Source: Candidatus Altimarinota bacterium (GTDB lineage: Bacteria > Patescibacteriota > Gracilibacteria > UBA1369). From it: a DNA stretch of 32,000 nucleotides. Each line of letters begins with the position of its first letter. The first letter of the stretch is position 1. The notes beneath the pieces were generated by a model that was not told where the DNA came from, made no database searches, and saw only the letters and a list, made by a program, of their open reading frames with translations. Positions 8,356-18,412 of the stretch are shown piece after piece. The DNA is taken from assembly GCA_041659405.1 (NCBI GenBank), contig JBAZYK010000014.1:1-32000 (forward strand), written 5' to 3'. A program made the position numbers and the translations under genes.

Positions 8356-10281
8356 CTATTTTTTCAACTTTCTGCGAATTTTTTGAATAGTCATAGAGGC
8401 CAGGCCGGATCCGGAAAGAATCCAAATCAATTCAGGGCCGTAATCATTCTGCCTTGGCATTGTTTCAAGTGAATCCAAAGCGGAAGCATGCAAATCATTA
8501 ACTGTATTCAAAATATCTGCAGCCGTCTGTGGTAAAGAACTTACCTCGGAAGCAAAAGGAATTCCCGTTACAAAATCACTCTTCATTGAAGTTTCATTGC
8601 CGGCTTCATCAAAAGCGGTAACCGCAAAATAATATTGCTTGCCATTATCCAGATTTGGAACATACCAGGTTGTGGAAGTATCTTTTGTATCCGCATAATC
8701 CTTAAGATCACTGGCATTATTACCAAAATATACACGATAATGCTTGATTACTGTATTTGGAGCGGTTAAGGCTTCCCATACCAGAACGACTTTTTTATCA
8801 CCACCATAAGAGATAACGCCTGAAACCCTGCCGGCAAACTGTCCACCTTGTTGAGTTTGCTGCGTGCCCTGAGTCTGTTGTGATTCTTGGGTAGTCACGG
8901 TTTCCGTTACTGTTACCTGAGCTTTTCCTTTATATGAGCCCTCATTACCAAGTTGATCAACCAAAATAACATCAACCGGATAAGCGCCTGCAACATTGGG
9001 AGCCTGAATAGAGGCAATATAATGCCCCGGCTTATCCAAACTTGGATTCAAAGAAATGATATCCGAATTGAACACCGCGGCCGACTGAGACAAGTTTTCC
9101 TCACTTAATACATCAAGACTTATAGCCTGTCCGGGTTTTACATTATCGGCAGGAGTAAGTGTAATTTGATCAACGGTTGGAGGAGTTGTATCAATTGTAA
9201 TTTGCACAGGATCGGAAGTGCCCTGAATAGTTTGATTTTGATCCAAAGCCACTACATAAAACTTGTGAGCCCCATCAATAAGTGGAATGGTTTGATAGGT
9301 GAATTTACCGGTATTATCCGCCTGAACAGTTCCCATTTCTTGCTGATTATCAAAAATCTTAACTGTATAGCTAGCAGGAGCGGAACCTGTAATAGATTGA
9401 TTTTTTTGACTAAAACTGCCGGCAACCGGAGTAGTAATTAACGGCTTGGATAAATTTTGCTGTGAACCCTGTTGTCCTTGATTACCAACTGTAACGGTAG
9501 CAGTTCCCTTTAAAAGAACATTACTTAAATCATTAACATTTACTTTGTAAGTTCCATTCGAGGTAAAACTTAAACCCAAACTAAATTGATGAACACCCAA
9601 ATCACTTGCCTTAAAAGTGTAATCTACCGGCAAAGAAACATTATTGCTGTTATCACCTCCAGCTGAAAAATGAACCGTACCAACATAATCTTGAACAGTC
9701 TGATTAGAGGAATCCTGAGCAGTTATCTTAAAACTAACATTCTGACCGGACTGAATACTTACCGGAAAATCAGAAATTTGGAATTGACTCAACGCGCCAA
9801 AATCAGCAGCCTGAGCCACATTAATAAAATTGAAGTCACCACCGACATCTTGCATATATTGCTGAGAAGACAAAAAAGCGACCTGAGGTCTTTGATCAAG
9901 CACAACATTCGCAGTAGAATCAATTACGCTAAAGATAGAAACACCCTTATCCAAAGAAGAAACGGCAAAACTGGTTTTACCGGATCTATCCGAAATACCG
10001 GCAAAACTCAAAGCTTTGATTACATCATTGTTTCTGCTGGAAACGAGTGTTACAGCATGTCCGGGATACGGAGTGCCAAAAGCATCCATTAGTTGAACCT
10101 GGAGCGTTGCTGAGTCCCTGCCATCGTTTTGAATAACAGTTCTACTTACGGTAACGTTCGATTTTTGAGCTGAAACGGCACTAACGGTAACCTGGCCACT
10201 GGATGCCAAAGCCACATAAGGGGTCAAAAACATCAGAATAGTTGTTGCTGAAGCCAAAAATTTAGATATTTGTTTTTTCAT
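8356..10281 (-). CDS. Secreted/surface multi-domain protein with Ig-like (invasin/Big-type) and fibronectin III domains
   Basis: Signal peptide 'ISKFLASATTILMFLTPYVALA', 'DGRDSATLQVQLMDAFGTPYPGHAVTLVSS', repeated 'ITIDTTPPTVDQI'-type Ig motifs, FN3 'LVWEALTAPNTVIKHYRVYFG...GKQYYFAVTAFDEAGNET', and a C-terminal hydrophobic stretch plus 'KIRRKLKK'. Confidence 0.8.
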   Translation of the reverse strand: MKKQISKFLASATTILMFLTPYVALASSGQVTVSAVSAQKSNVTVSRTVIQNDGRDSATLQVQLMDAFGTPYPGHAVTLVSSRNNDVIKALSFAGISDRSGKTSFAVSSLDKGVSIFSVIDSTANVVLDQRPQVAFLSSQQYMQDVGGDFNFINVAQAADFGALSQFQISDFPVSIQSGQNVSFKITAQDSSNQTVQDYVGTVHFSAGGDNSNNVSLPVDYTFKASDLGVHQFSLGLSFTSNGTYKVNVNDLSNVLLKGTATVTVGNQGQQGSQQNLSKPLITTPVAGSFSQKNQSITGSAPASYTVKIFDNQQEMGTVQADNTGKFTYQTIPLIDGAHKFYVVALDQNQTIQGTSDPVQITIDTTPPTVDQITLTPADNVKPGQAISLDVLSEENLSQSAAVFNSDIISLNPSLDKPGHYIASIQAPNVAGAYPVDVILVDQLGNEGSYKGKAQVTVTETVTTQESQQTQGTQQTQQGGQFAGRVSGVISYGGDKKVVLVWEALTAPNTVIKHYRVYFGNNASDLKDYADTKDTSTTWYVPNLDNGKQYYFAVTAFDEAGNETSMKSDFVTGIPFASEVSSLPQTAADILNTVNDLHASALDSLETMPRQNDYGPELIWILSGSGLASMTIQKIRRKLKK

Positions 10282-10305
10282 AATGTGAGTTTTATAAATC
10301 TTTAC

Positions 10306-10334
10306 ATTATAGCAGAAAACCGCCTAAAAAACAA
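10306..10334 (-). promoter_or_regulatory. Putative sigma70-type promoter for the 8356..10281 gene
   Basis: Minus strand TTGTTT, 17 nt spacer, TATAAT, 25 nt upstream of the start codon. Confidence 0.5.
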
Positions 10335-11343
10335 ACATGGCATCACCAAAACTATAGAAACGATACTTTCTTCTTATAGCTTCATCATAAGCTTTCAGGG
10401 TAAAATCCTTCCCGGCAAAGGAAGAAACCAGTAGCAGCAGCGAACTTTGAGGCAGATGGAAATTGGTTATCATCCCCCTAACACATTTCCATTCATACCC
10501 GGGATAAATAAAAATACTGGTCTTTTGAAGACCGGTCGCAAAGCCGGTTTTTTGGTCAAAAGCACTTTCCAGAACCCTAACGGAAGTAGTTCCCACAGCC
10601 ACAATCCTGCGTCCTTCCTGCTGCGCCTTAAAAAGACGCCCGGCCGTTCCATCATCAATTTCAAAAAACTCCTCGTGCATTTTATGTTCTTCAATTTTTG
10701 GAACCTTAATTGGCAAAAAAGTACCAAGTCCAACATGCAAAGTCACAAATTCCAGCTGGATCCCCTTATTTTTCAGCTTGGCCAAGAGCTCTTCCGTAAA
10801 ATGCAAACCGGCCGTTGGCGCCGCCACACTCCCATGTTTATCCGCATAAACGGTTTGATAATCAGCAAAACTCGCCTGAGGATTTTTAATATATGGCGGA
10901 AAGGGAGGTAATCCAACCTTAAAAAGTTCACTCTCTAGATCCGCGCCATTAAGCGAAAAAGCCACCAGGCGCTGTCCATCTTCCAGAATATCTTCAACCA
11001 CAAAAGACAAATTTTCATTGATTTTAAATTCCGCCCCTTGCTTTAAAACCTTTCCGGGCTTGGCTAAAACAAACCAACGCTGATGATCTTTCTGTCTAAT
11101 CAGGAAAATTTCCAGCGTTCTTTCTCCACGTTTAAACAAAATTCTGGCAGGAATAACCTTGGAATTATTAAAAACCAAAACATCACCGGGATTCAAATAA
11201 TCTAAAATATCATAAAAATGCTTATGCTCAATTTGCCGTTTAGCACTATCAAGAACCATTAATTTACAAGAATCTCTGGGTGTAGCCGGCTTTTGCGCAA
11301 TCAGCTCCGGCGGCAAGCAATAGTCAAAATCCTTTAAGAACAT
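10324..11343 (-). CDS. queA: S-adenosylmethionine:tRNA ribosyltransferase-isomerase
   Basis: 'DYCLPPELIAQKP', 'NNSKVIPARI', 'HGSVAAPTAGLHFTEELL', 'TLHVGLGTFLPI', 'GTTSVRVLE'. Confidence 0.96.
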   Translation of the reverse strand: MFLKDFDYCLPPELIAQKPATPRDSCKLMVLDSAKRQIEHKHFYDILDYLNPGDVLVFNNSKVIPARILFKRGERTLEIFLIRQKDHQRWFVLAKPGKVLKQGAEFKINENLSFVVEDILEDGQRLVAFSLNGADLESELFKVGLPPFPPYIKNPQASFADYQTVYADKHGSVAAPTAGLHFTEELLAKLKNKGIQLEFVTLHVGLGTFLPIKVPKIEEHKMHEEFFEIDDGTAGRLFKAQQEGRRIVAVGTTSVRVLESAFDQKTGFATGLQKTSIFIYPGYEWKCVRGMITNFHLPQSSLLLLVSSFAGKDFTLKAYDEAIRRKYRFYSFGDAMFVF

Positions 11344-11345
11344 AA

Positions 11346-12539
11346 TTATAAAATTGATTTCTCTTTATCATTAGCTGCAGGAACTTGTGGCTCCGCCATA
11401 TCACTCCAGCTGGTCGAATTTTTAACAGCTGTTTCGATTGTGTCTTTAGAGCCGCTAAAACGAATCGCCATCAAAGTCACATCGTCTTCCTGAACATGAT
11501 CCTGAACAAATCTGGAAAAATCACGTGCAACATGAAACACAATTCCTTCAGGGCCATATTGCGGCGCATAAAGTTGAATTGCCTGCTTTAATCTATCCAG
11601 TCCAAACATTTCACCGGCCATATTTCTGGCTTCTGTAAGACCATCACTGTAAAGAATAATCACGTCATCTTTCATCAATGGAAGCGTAACTTCTTTCACG
11701 ATTTTGCTGTTATCGGCAACCATTCCAAGAGCAATACCACCGGCCATTTTATCTTCACATTCTCCTTTGTGGGCTCTGTAAACAAGCAAATGCTCGTGAC
11801 CGGCTCCCACATAACTCATTGTTTGAGTAGTCGAATTCCATTTCAACATCAACATCGTCATGAACATGGTTGACTTGATTCTGGCCTTTAATTGGCGGTT
11901 TGTTTGAACCACAACATCATAAGCACTATCATAAACATCAACCAAAGTATGAATCAGCGTATTCACCATCATCATGATCAAAGCCGCAGGAACTCCATGT
12001 CCGGTCACATCTCCAATGTAAATAAAAGTATTATCTTTATTAGTTATGAAATCGAAATTATCACCACCAAGCTCAACAGCCGGCCTTGTTTTGGCTACAA
12101 TGTCCAATCCCGCAATGTGTGGCGCGGCAGTCGGCAAAATCTCTTTTTGAATCTGCCCGGCAATTTCCAGCTCACCCATCATGCGTTTTCCTTCACGCAG
12201 TTGATTGGAGATTTTTTCAAAATTTCTGGTAACTTCATTAAAAAAATGAGCGATAACCCCAATTTCATCAATCCTTTTACTAAAGAATCTTTTGTATTCT
12301 TTTCCCATTAACAAAGCCCTGATTTCATTTAAAATAACGTTCATTGGTCTGACAAACTCATACCAGTAAACAAGCAGGAAATAAGCCAAAAAGAAGACAA
12401 GCACCCCGGCAAAAGTAACCAGACTTATATTTTGATAATTCTGAGAAAAAAAGTAATAAACTATTACAGCGGCCAACACTGTAAAAAGAATAAAATAGTT
12501 AAATACTTTCCAAAGGATGCTTTTTCTGAAGAAATTCAT
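11346..12539 (-). CDS. RsbU/SpoIIE-type PP2C serine phosphatase with two TM helices and HAMP-like linker
   Basis: 'ELEIAGQIQKEILPTAAPHIAGLDIVAKTRPAVELGGDNFDF', 'IGDVTGHGVPAALIM', 'LYSDGLTEARN'. Confidence 0.9.
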   Translation of the reverse strand: MNFFRKSILWKVFNYFILFTVLAAVIVYYFFSQNYQNISLVTFAGVLVFFLAYFLLVYWYEFVRPMNVILNEIRALLMGKEYKRFFSKRIDEIGVIAHFFNEVTRNFEKISNQLREGKRMMGELEIAGQIQKEILPTAAPHIAGLDIVAKTRPAVELGGDNFDFITNKDNTFIYIGDVTGHGVPAALIMMMVNTLIHTLVDVYDSAYDVVVQTNRQLKARIKSTMFMTMLMLKWNSTTQTMSYVGAGHEHLLVYRAHKGECEDKMAGGIALGMVADNSKIVKEVTLPLMKDDVIILYSDGLTEARNMAGEMFGLDRLKQAIQLYAPQYGPEGIVFHVARDFSRFVQDHVQEDDVTLMAIRFSGSKDTIETAVKNSTSWSDMAEPQVPAANDKEKSIL

Positions 12540-12548
12540 AAAAATAAA

Positions 12549-12917
12549 TTAAGCTCCGATTTTTTCCACAAACTGGTTTAAAGTATCATAGTAAGTAACC
12601 ACTGAAAAAAGACCAATTACCTGAAAAATATCTTTAACATTAGCCTTGGCATTAACAACAACCAAAGCCTTTCCGGTTTTAACCAAATGTGAATGGATAG
12701 CCATTAAAAAGCCAATACTTTCACTGTTGATATAATCCAAAGCACCAAAATCAAAAACCAGATATTGCAAACTGTAATTTTCGATTAAGGCCTCAAGTTT
12801 GCCCTTAACTTCGGTCAAACCGGCTTTATCCATTTCACCACGGAATTCCACCACCTGATATTTATTTAAAGGCGGAACAATTTGAATAGTTAGATTTTCT
12901 GCTGAATAGTCACTCAT
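12549..12917 (-). CDS. STAS domain anti-sigma factor antagonist-like protein
   Basis: 'YLVFDFGALDYINSESIGFLMAIHSHLVKTGKALVVVNAKANVKDIFQVIGL', RsbV/SpoIIAA-like with the conserved Ser region. Confidence 0.85.
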   Translation of the reverse strand: MSDYSAENLTIQIVPPLNKYQVVEFRGEMDKAGLTEVKGKLEALIENYSLQYLVFDFGALDYINSESIGFLMAIHSHLVKTGKALVVVNAKANVKDIFQVIGLFSVVTYYDTLNQFVEKIGA

Positions 12918-12932
12918 ATTTAAAAAATTAAA

Positions 12933-15353
12933 TTATACAGGCTCTAATACTTGAGCATTTTGAATTAAAGAAGTAGAAGCAATTTCAATTTCGGAAGATT
13001 TTCTTTTCTCTAAAATATCATCAATCAACTGTGCTTCATGATAAGCCTCCAGACAAAGATAGGCTTCTTTAAGCTTAAATAACAATTCAGAGTCGGCACT
13101 TTGCAATAAAGAATTCATATTGGGTGACTTGAAAAACAAATGATGTAATTTTACCGAAATTTCTTTTTGTAATACCGAAACCATGACCATCTGCAAGTCT
13201 GGACTCAACTCATGCAAAAGTTCACGCGTCTTGGCTAAGACTACTGAATTTTTCCCCAAAAGTAAATGAGCAAGATAGCTTCCGGCTTCCCGATAACCCA
13301 ATTTCAAAAGCGAACAGGAGGCATACAATCGCAACTCCGGATTGGAAACGGTAAGATAGGGGATTAATTCGTTCCTTCCCTCGCCAATATCTCCGGCAAT
13401 CGAACACGCAGCGACCTGATCGTTGAAAGAAATCGATCTCAACATAAAATAAAAAATCTTCTTCAACCTGGTGCGCAACTTTTTAAATTGCCAAAGCGTC
13501 ACCAACGCCTGCGCTCTAACAAAAGCATCCCCGGCGTGCAAATAAGGCTCAACATAATAAATAATATTCGGATCATTAAATAACTCGCAAGCACGAATGG
13601 AAGCAGCCTGCAATTTAGGCCCGGAATTCTTTAAAATATCCAACAAAAAAGGAACAATTTCCGGATCACGAAAATGCGCCAAAGTTTTAATAATCGCAGT
13701 TTGAATTTGTTCATTTGGCTTTTCTGCAAACAATTTCTTTAGTTCATCAATAACCCTGTATCTGGCAAAAGACTGTTTAAGCATATATTTCTTCAACCGA
13801 GGAAATGCTTCTAAAGCCTTTATTGCAGCCAATACTAGATGTTGATCCTTGGAATTAAGAAAGTGCAAAATATCGGGGATATTTTCAATATTTCCAATCT
13901 TCCCAAGCATTTGTAGAATTTTGACCTTGATCAAGGTATCCTCGGAACTCTTATGTAAAGCCTTAACCAAAATAGGAGCGGCATTTTTATGGCCCTGTTG
14001 AGACAAAATTTCAATTGCATGCAGTTTTGAAATGGCATTTTCACCAATCGAAAGATTATTTTGAGCAAGCTTTGTATAACGATTTTGAAGTCTGAATGTA
14101 AGAACCACCATTGCCAGTGCCAAAGTCACAAAGCTCAATTGTATGAGCAAAGACGCATCTTTTTCCAGAAAAAACCATTGAATAAACAAAAGCATGACTG
14201 TTCCAATGATAGTTCCAAGTGGCAATAAAAGTGCTTCAAAAAGCTCTCTTACCTGGCGTTGTGTCCCATGCTTTAAGGCATAATAAGAAGCCTCATAGGC
14301 ATTCCTGTTTATTACACCGGAAATCTCAAAATTATTCTTTGCCAAGATCGTAGTAAAAGTTCCAAACCCAAAAAATAAAGATAAAGCGCTAAAAAACGTC
14401 ATCAAGGCATGAATCATAAAACTGGCCACAGTACCATATTTTTTCAAGATTCTACTTGCAACAAATAACTGAACAAAAAGCGCGCAGGCATTAAACAAGA
14501 TATAAAAAGACGCCAATCCCTGAGTCAGCCCTTCTTCCTGAGCAGCCTCCGTTTGAACGCCATGCAATCCACCTTCAATCACGTTAGTATATTGATACTC
14601 AAGCAGATGGGCAATAATCCATTGTAAAAGGAAAATCACAAATAAAGATTGTAGAAAAGGAACAGACCGCAAATGAGTTACCGCAGACTTAAATTCCCTA
14701 AAACGTTCCACCAAGAATGGCTTTTCTGAAACCTTTTTAGCATGAATGATATGATGATAAGAAGAAACTTTTGGTTGCAAAAACAAAGTAACACTTACCA
14801 GTAAAAATAAGAAAAATGTCCAAATATAGAGTAATTTAACCGGTTGAACAAACATGGTTAAACTGGCAGCCAACAAACCCGCAAAGATACCACCAAGCGT
14901 TTCCGAAGAATCAATAATCGGGGAGATTCTTTCACATTCCAATGGCGAGAAAAAGTCCTCCAGATAGTTCGAAATAAATATTGTTAATTGAGGAACAAAA
15001 ATACCAAAAGTAAGCAACAAAAAAGCAAAGAATATAAAAACATGATTCAAAAACAAAGTCGCAACAAACAATAACGAGCCGGAAATCAGAGCACACATAA
15101 CAATAAGGCTCCTAACCGATAAATGCTCATGTAGAAAAGCAAACAAGAACATTCCCAAAATATTTAAAAGAGCCTGGATCAAGAAAAGATAGGGGAGCGA
15201 AGTGATCGAAAATCTTGTAACAAACATGGCTGTTAAAACCGTCCAGCCAATCACAAACCCCACACGATGCAAAAACTTCACAAACCAGGCGTAAGCCGTT
15301 CTTGGCAATTCGTGAGGAGAAATATTAAAGATTTTTTCAATAAGTTTTAGCAT
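12933..15353 (-). CDS. MFS / nucleotide-transporter-like membrane protein fused to C-terminal HEAT repeats
   Basis: About 12 hydrophobic helices, 'RNAYEASYYALKHGTQRQVRELFEALLLPLGTIIG' resembling Npt/TLC-like transporters, then helical repeats 'AAPILVKALHKSSEDTLIKVKILQMLGKIGNIENIPDILHFLNSKDQHLVLAAIKAL'. Confidence 0.8.
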   Translation of the reverse strand: MLKLIEKIFNISPHELPRTAYAWFVKFLHRVGFVIGWTVLTAMFVTRFSITSLPYLFLIQALLNILGMFLFAFLHEHLSVRSLIVMCALISGSLLFVATLFLNHVFIFFAFLLLTFGIFVPQLTIFISNYLEDFFSPLECERISPIIDSSETLGGIFAGLLAASLTMFVQPVKLLYIWTFFLFLLVSVTLFLQPKVSSYHHIIHAKKVSEKPFLVERFREFKSAVTHLRSVPFLQSLFVIFLLQWIIAHLLEYQYTNVIEGGLHGVQTEAAQEEGLTQGLASFYILFNACALFVQLFVASRILKKYGTVASFMIHALMTFFSALSLFFGFGTFTTILAKNNFEISGVINRNAYEASYYALKHGTQRQVRELFEALLLPLGTIIGTVMLLFIQWFFLEKDASLLIQLSFVTLALAMVVLTFRLQNRYTKLAQNNLSIGENAISKLHAIEILSQQGHKNAAPILVKALHKSSEDTLIKVKILQMLGKIGNIENIPDILHFLNSKDQHLVLAAIKALEAFPRLKKYMLKQSFARYRVIDELKKLFAEKPNEQIQTAIIKTLAHFRDPEIVPFLLDILKNSGPKLQAASIRACELFNDPNIIYYVEPYLHAGDAFVRAQALVTLWQFKKLRTRLKKIFYFMLRSISFNDQVAACSIAGDIGEGRNELIPYLTVSNPELRLYASCSLLKLGYREAGSYLAHLLLGKNSVVLAKTRELLHELSPDLQMVMVSVLQKEISVKLHHLFFKSPNMNSLLQSADSELLFKLKEAYLCLEAYHEAQLIDDILEKRKSSEIEIASTSLIQNAQVLEPV

Positions 15354-15400
15354 TGTTTTTTATTTTTGAGTTTATTTTGAGCTTCTTCAATAATTAATAT

Positions 15401-15429
15401 ATTATAATACACAAGCGCAAATATAGCAA
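15401..15429 (-). promoter_or_regulatory. Putative sigma70-type promoter of the MFS-HEAT/STAS/RsbU-like/queA cluster
   Basis: Minus strand TTGCTA, 17 nt spacer, TATAAT, ~48 nt upstream of the 15353 start. Confidence 0.55.
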
Positions 15430-15474
15430 TGCTAAAGCCAAGCAGCGAAGCGTTCGCCAAGAAATAATTCTCTC

Positions 15475-16581
15475 CTAAAACTTACCTTTATACCGAATAT
15501 CCCCAACAATCAAAACATCCGGCCCAAACCTTTTAGTTTCAAGATTGATTAAATCTATACTTTTAGCCATTTTATTGATTCCAAGATCATTAACAAAGGG
15601 GATTCCTCCGCCAATAATCCTTGGCGCAATAAAAAAGTAACTTTTCTGAATCAGTCTCTCTTTCAAAAAAGCGGTAAAAAGCCCACCACCGGCCTCCAGC
15701 ATAATTTTTCCAATATTTTTTTGGTATAAATCCTTAAGCAAATTTTTTAAAGGAATTCTCTCCCCGGGATAAACCAAAACCTCGATCCCTTTTTGCTTAA
15801 AAGCCTCAAATTTAACACCTTTAGCCACATTTGTAGCAACAATCACATTTTGATCACGATAAACTTTGGCATCAAGACCGGTTTCAAGCCTGGAATCAAT
15901 AATAATTCGCTTAGGATCTTTTCCCTTAACCATCCTCACTCCCAAATGCGAATCATCACTTAAAACGGTTTTAGCCGACGTCACAATCGCATCCACCCAA
16001 TTTCTCATTCTGTGAACTTCTTTTCGTGATTCCTCACCGGTAATCCATTTTGAATCTCCTGTAGCTGTCGCGATTTTTCCATCCAGCGTTATTGCCATTT
16101 TAGAGATAACAAACGGTGATTTATGCAGAACATTATGAATAAAAACCTCATTTAATTTCCGAGCTTCCTGCTCAAGCAGTCCAATTTCAACCTTTATTCC
16201 GGCTTTTTTTAACAACTCCATACCCTTTCCATTCACTAATTTAAACGGGTCACGCATGGCTATTTTAACGTGCTTAACACCTTTGTTGATCAAATAATTT
16301 GTACAAGGAGGAGTCTTCCCAAAGTGAGCACAAGGCTCCAAAGTAACATATAAAATTCCGCCTTTAATCTGTTGAGGTGATAACTTGGAAAGCGCCTCAA
16401 CCTCTGCATGTGGCCGACCGGCTTTTTTATGATAACCTTCAGCAATAATTTTATTATTTTTCACAAATACAGCCCCAACCATTGGATTAGGGAAAGTTCG
16501 CCCCCTGGCTTTTTCAGCAAGCACAAAAGCCCTTTGCATAAAAAGCCTGTCCTGTTTAGAAAATTTATTAGACATAATCAA
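15475..16581 (-). CDS. ribD: Bifunctional diaminohydroxyphosphoribosylaminopyrimidine deaminase / 5-amino-6-(5-phosphoribosylamino)uracil reductase
   Basis: 'GRTFPNPMVGAVFVKNNKIIAEGYH', 'HAEVEALS', 'YVTLEPCAHFGKTPPC', 'DGKIATATGDSKWITGEESR'. Confidence 0.95.
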   Translation of the reverse strand: MIMSNKFSKQDRLFMQRAFVLAEKARGRTFPNPMVGAVFVKNNKIIAEGYHKKAGRPHAEVEALSKLSPQQIKGGILYVTLEPCAHFGKTPPCTNYLINKGVKHVKIAMRDPFKLVNGKGMELLKKAGIKVEIGLLEQEARKLNEVFIHNVLHKSPFVISKMAITLDGKIATATGDSKWITGEESRKEVHRMRNWVDAIVTSAKTVLSDDSHLGVRMVKGKDPKRIIIDSRLETGLDAKVYRDQNVIVATNVAKGVKFEAFKQKGIEVLVYPGERIPLKNLLKDLYQKNIGKIMLEAGGGLFTAFLKERLIQKSYFFIAPRIIGGGIPFVNDLGINKMAKSIDLINLETKRFGPDVLIVGDIRYKGKF

Positions 16582-17182
16582 GCAAGTGACCTAAACGATT
16601 TTTTTTTGTTAACAAATAGCCTTTATTTACTTTATTAGGTTTAATTTGAATTGATATACGCTTAACAACATCAATGCCGCACTGCGTAATTTCTTTTATT
16701 TTTTTAGGATTATTGGTAAGAAGTTTAATTTTCTTCACTCCAAATTCAGCCAACATCAAAGCGGCAATATCATATTCCCTGGCATCCGCTTCAAACCCCA
16801 ATTGCTTATTTGCATCCACCGTATCAAAACCAAGATCCTGCAAAGCATAAGCCTTAATCTTATTGACCAAACCAATACCACGCCCCTCCTGTCTTAAATA
16901 AAGCAAGATACCGGACTTTTCTTTTTTGATTTGTTTTAAACTTGCTTGAAGCTGGGGCCCACAATCACAACGCAATGAACCAAAAATATCACCGGTTAAA
17001 CATTCAGAATGAATTCTAACCAACATCGGTGTATCTTTTTTAATTTTCCCCATCACCAAAGCAACATGCTCTTTATTATCTTTTCCTCTAAACACATACA
17101 AATGGAACAGGCCGGATTTTGTTGGAAGCAAAGCGTCAGCCACCTTTTTTAACTGATTTTTTTTGTTGTTTTCTGTATTCAA
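16568..17182 (-). CDS. ribA: GTP cyclohydrolase II
   Basis: 'VRIHSECLTGDIFGSLRCDCGPQL', 'LRQEGRGIGLVNKIKAYALQDLGFDTVDAN', 'LLTNNPKK'. Confidence 0.95.
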   Translation of the reverse strand: MNTENNKKNQLKKVADALLPTKSGLFHLYVFRGKDNKEHVALVMGKIKKDTPMLVRIHSECLTGDIFGSLRCDCGPQLQASLKQIKKEKSGILLYLRQEGRGIGLVNKIKAYALQDLGFDTVDANKQLGFEADAREYDIAALMLAEFGVKKIKLLTNNPKKIKEITQCGIDVVKRISIQIKPNKVNKGYLLTKKNRLGHLLDYV

Positions 17183-17774
17183 TGAGATCCTTTATTGAAA
17201 TAAGTCTTAGTTTATAATTTTTAGCAAATTCAATCAAAAAAGGCAAACGTGCCATTTCCCCACTATCTTCAGCAATTTCACAAAGTACACCAACTTCCTT
17301 TAATCCCGCCAACTTCATCAAATCCAACGTGGCCTCTGTATGTCCCGGTCTTTCAAAAACACCATCATCACAGGCACGAATAGGAAAAACATGTCCGGGT
17401 TGAGCAAAATCATCGGACTTGGAAGAATCGGAAGCCAGAGAATTTATTGTTTTAGCTCTATCGGAAGCCGAAATTCCTGTTGTAGTTCCAAAACGATAAT
17501 CAATCGAAATAGTAAAATTAGTCCTAAAAGCCTCATTATTCTTTTTAGCCATATGGTAAAGATCCAGTCGATCCGCCAACTTATTTGAAATAGGAGCACA
17601 AATCAACCCACGGCCTTTTTGCGCCATGAAATTTATGTCGGCAGCTGTCACTTTTTCCCCGGACATAATCAGATCACCTTCATTCTCCCGATCTTCATCA
17701 TCAACCACCACAAGCATCTTGCCTGCTTTAATATCCTCAATAGCGGCCTCAATACCTTTCAAAATATCCTTCAT
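17136..17774 (-). CDS. ribB: 3,4-dihydroxy-2-butanone 4-phosphate synthase
   Basis: '[27 protein letters not shown]', 'GRGLICAPI', 'PGHVFPIRA...[16 protein letters not shown]'. Confidence 0.95.
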   Translation of the reverse strand: MKDILKGIEAAIEDIKAGKMLVVVDDEDRENEGDLIMSGEKVTAADINFMAQKGRGLICAPISNKLADRLDLYHMAKKNNEAFRTNFTISIDYRFGTTTGISASDRAKTINSLASDSSKSDDFAQPGHVFPIRACDDGVFERPGHTEATLDLMKLAGLKEVGVLCEIAEDSGEMARLPFLIEFAKNYKLRLISIKDLIEYRKQQKKSVKKGG

Positions 17775-17783
17775 TATTAAAAT

Positions 17784-18371
17784 TTAAACGGAGAAACGTG
17801 CGAAACGAACGATTTTAATATTTTCACCCATCTTTGTAATTGCATGGACCAAAAGCCCTTCAATCGTCTTTTCCGGATCTTTAACAAAAACCTGTTTTAA
17901 AAGCGCATTTTCTTCACGGAATTTTTTTTCTTTACCTGTCAAAATCATTTCGATCATTTTATCGTTTTTTCCTTCATTTTTTAATTGCTGATGCCAAATT
18001 TCACGCTCTTTTTCAACCAATTCATGAGAAACATCATCAGGTGATAAAACCAAAGGATTCATCGCTGCGATATGCATGGCGATATCTTTTGCCAAGTTTT
18101 GGAACTCTTCATTCTTAGCAACGAAATCAGTTTCACATCCAATTTGAACAATAACGCCAAGTTTACCATTTCCATGAATATAACTCGCTACAGTACCCTG
18201 ACTTGTAGATCTTTCACCTCTTTCAATAGCCTTGGCTTCACCCTTTTTTCTAAGTGTATCAATAGCTTTATTTAAATCACCATCAGCCTCTTCCATAGCC
18301 TTCTTACAAGCCATCATGGATGATCCGGTGACCTCGCGTAATTCCTTAATTTGCTCAAGTGTAACTGCCAT
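17784..18371 (-). CDS. tsf: Elongation factor Ts
   Basis: '[37 protein letters not shown]', '[15 protein letters not shown]'. Confidence 0.96.
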   Translation of the reverse strand: MAVTLEQIKELREVTGSSMMACKKAMEEADGDLNKAIDTLRKKGEAKAIERGERSTSQGTVASYIHGNGKLGVIVQIGCETDFVAKNEEFQNLAKDIAMHIAAMNPLVLSPDDVSHELVEKEREIWHQQLKNEGKNDKMIEMILTGKEKKFREENALLKQVFVKDPEKTIEGLLVHAITKMGENIKIVRFARFSV

Positions 18372-18412
18372 TTCAATGAAAAGTTATAAAATAAGTAAAT
18401 ATAAAACCAAAT

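Noticed and set aside
9166-10092. Plus-strand ORFs 9166..9441 and 9670..10092 opposite the surface protein gene
   Set aside because: Antisense to a well-supported gene. No recognisable domain, composition typical of shadow ORFs.
10447-10911. Plus-strand 154 aa ORF and the 10470..10736 minus ORF inside queA
   Set aside because: queA motifs are continuous across this region in another frame. Both are overlapping shadows.
11892-12311. 139 aa plus-strand ORF opposite the RsbU-like gene
   Set aside because: The opposite strand has clear PP2C motifs. The sequence shows no family signature.
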